A stretch of DNA of 64,000 nucleotides from Mobula hypostoma. Lineage: Eukaryota. A program made the translations under genes and the position numbers. The notes beneath the pieces are model-generated. The model did not search any database. It was not told the origin of the DNA and saw only the letters and a list, made by a program, of their open reading frames with translations. Of this stretch, positions 62,951 through 64,000 are shown piece after piece. Within the stretch, counting starts at the first letter, position 1, and each line of letters starts with the position of its first letter. The stretch spans positions 240,128,001 to 240,192,000 of the forward strand of contig NC_086097.1 of the NCBI RefSeq assembly GCF_963921235.1, written 5' to 3'.

Positions 62951-63391
62951 TGTTATGTCTTAGTTTGGAAAAAATTAGTAGAACTTTTGATCCCCGATTT
63001 GATTTTGAGAGAAGGTGGAGCTCTTTTGCTAAATATTATCATTTAATTTGAATCAATTTACATGGTTTCCTTCCCATTTTATGTTATATAATTGTGATTT
63101 GGCGGTTAGTGTTTTCTTTTTCTTCTTTTATCTATATAAATGATTGTAAGACGTATTGCTCCAGGGGTCGGTTCCTAATGGTTTTTTTCTTTTTTCTTTT
63201 TTTGTTTTATAGTTAGTGGGTTTTTTTTTAGTTAGCTGGGGTTCTCTTTTTTCCTTCTTTTCCTTTTATAAATCTTTTTTCATTAGCATATATGTTTTTT
63301 TCAGCTTTATTAATTATATATATACTAATTTGTTGAATTTCTGTATTTTATAGCTGTAGAAGATTATATATTAATAAAAAGATTTAAAATG
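62951..63391 (+). mobile_element. L1-clade LINE 3' end with 17-bp TSD
   Basis: LCLSLEKISRTFDPRFDFERRWSSFAKYYHLI*; T-rich UTR; AATAAA; ATAAACATCAACAGGAA at 62934-62950 and 63392-63408. Confidence 0.85.
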
Positions 63392-63489
63392 ATAAACATC
63401 AACAGGAAGGTACAAAGAGAAAATAGAAGCAGAATGGGGGGTGGGGGGTGAAGGTTGGAATCTCAAAGAAACCTACTAAGAATTGAATG

Positions 63490-64000
63490 GCCAAGATAGA
63501 CTGGACATGCAGAGAATATTTTCAATAGTGGGAGTGTCTGGGACCTGAGGGTACAGCCTCTGAATAGAAGGATGCCCTTTAGAACACAGAGGTGAGGAGT
63601 ATTATCTTTAGCCGTAGGGTGGCGAATATGCAGAAAACATTGCTACAGTCAGCTGTGGAGGCCAAGTCATTGGATACATTTAAAGTGGAGGTTGATCTGT
63701 TCTTGATTCAAAAGGGTGTCAAAGGTTATGGGGAGAAGGCAGAGGAATGTGGTTGAGAGAGAGAATAAATCTGTCCTGATGGAATGATGGAGCAGACTTG
63801 ATGGGCTGAATGGCCTAATTCTAATTCCATGACCATAAGACCATAAAACATTAGGAGCAGAATTAGGCCATCTGGCCCGTCGAGTCTGCTCCGTCATTCA
63901 ATCATGGCTGGTCCTTTTTTTTATCTCCTCCTCAAACCCAGTTCCCAGCCTTCTCCCCATGACCTTTGATGCCATGTCCAATCAAGAACCTATCAATCTC
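63490..64000. mobile_element. Two CR1 3' ends tail-to-tail (+ ~63490-63830, - ~63832-64000)
   Basis: 3' UTR hairpin motifs in opposite orientations. Confidence 0.7.

Noticed and set aside
1..64000. CRISPR arrays, rRNA, intact tRNA genes, prokaryotic operons
   Set aside because: None seen; tRNA-like heads belong to decayed SINEs and short tandem repeats are LINE tails

Overview
Eukaryotic, repeat-saturated non-coding DNA. The repeat spectrum (CR1/HER1-type LINEs, Rex1/Babar LINEs, V-SINEs, Penelope-derived elements, Tc1) suggests a cartilaginous fish; this is an inference. No complete host gene is visible. Most of the window is nested transposon sequence: many CR1 copies (some young, with open RT frames), Rex1/Babar, RTE, Nimb/I, L1, Penelope-like, three Tc1 elements, Harbinger-type MITEs, and one Gypsy-like LTR family (5' end plus a solo LTR). 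Most notable: (1) the LTR element has no tRNA-type primer site but a 16-nt site perfectly complementary to its own LTR, suggesting self-priming; (2) a 567-bp RTE-type mini-element starts exactly at an HDV-like ribozyme fold with an unusual hairpin inserted in L3; (3) minimal hammerhead ribozyme motifs in Penelope-derived repeats, including a 109-bp insertion with a 12-bp TSD; (4) a Sleeping Beauty-like Tc1 element rebuilt with two right ends; (5) candidate minus-strand exons in the few unique islands. Boundaries of old, decayed repeats are approximate and all family calls are by eye, without database searches.
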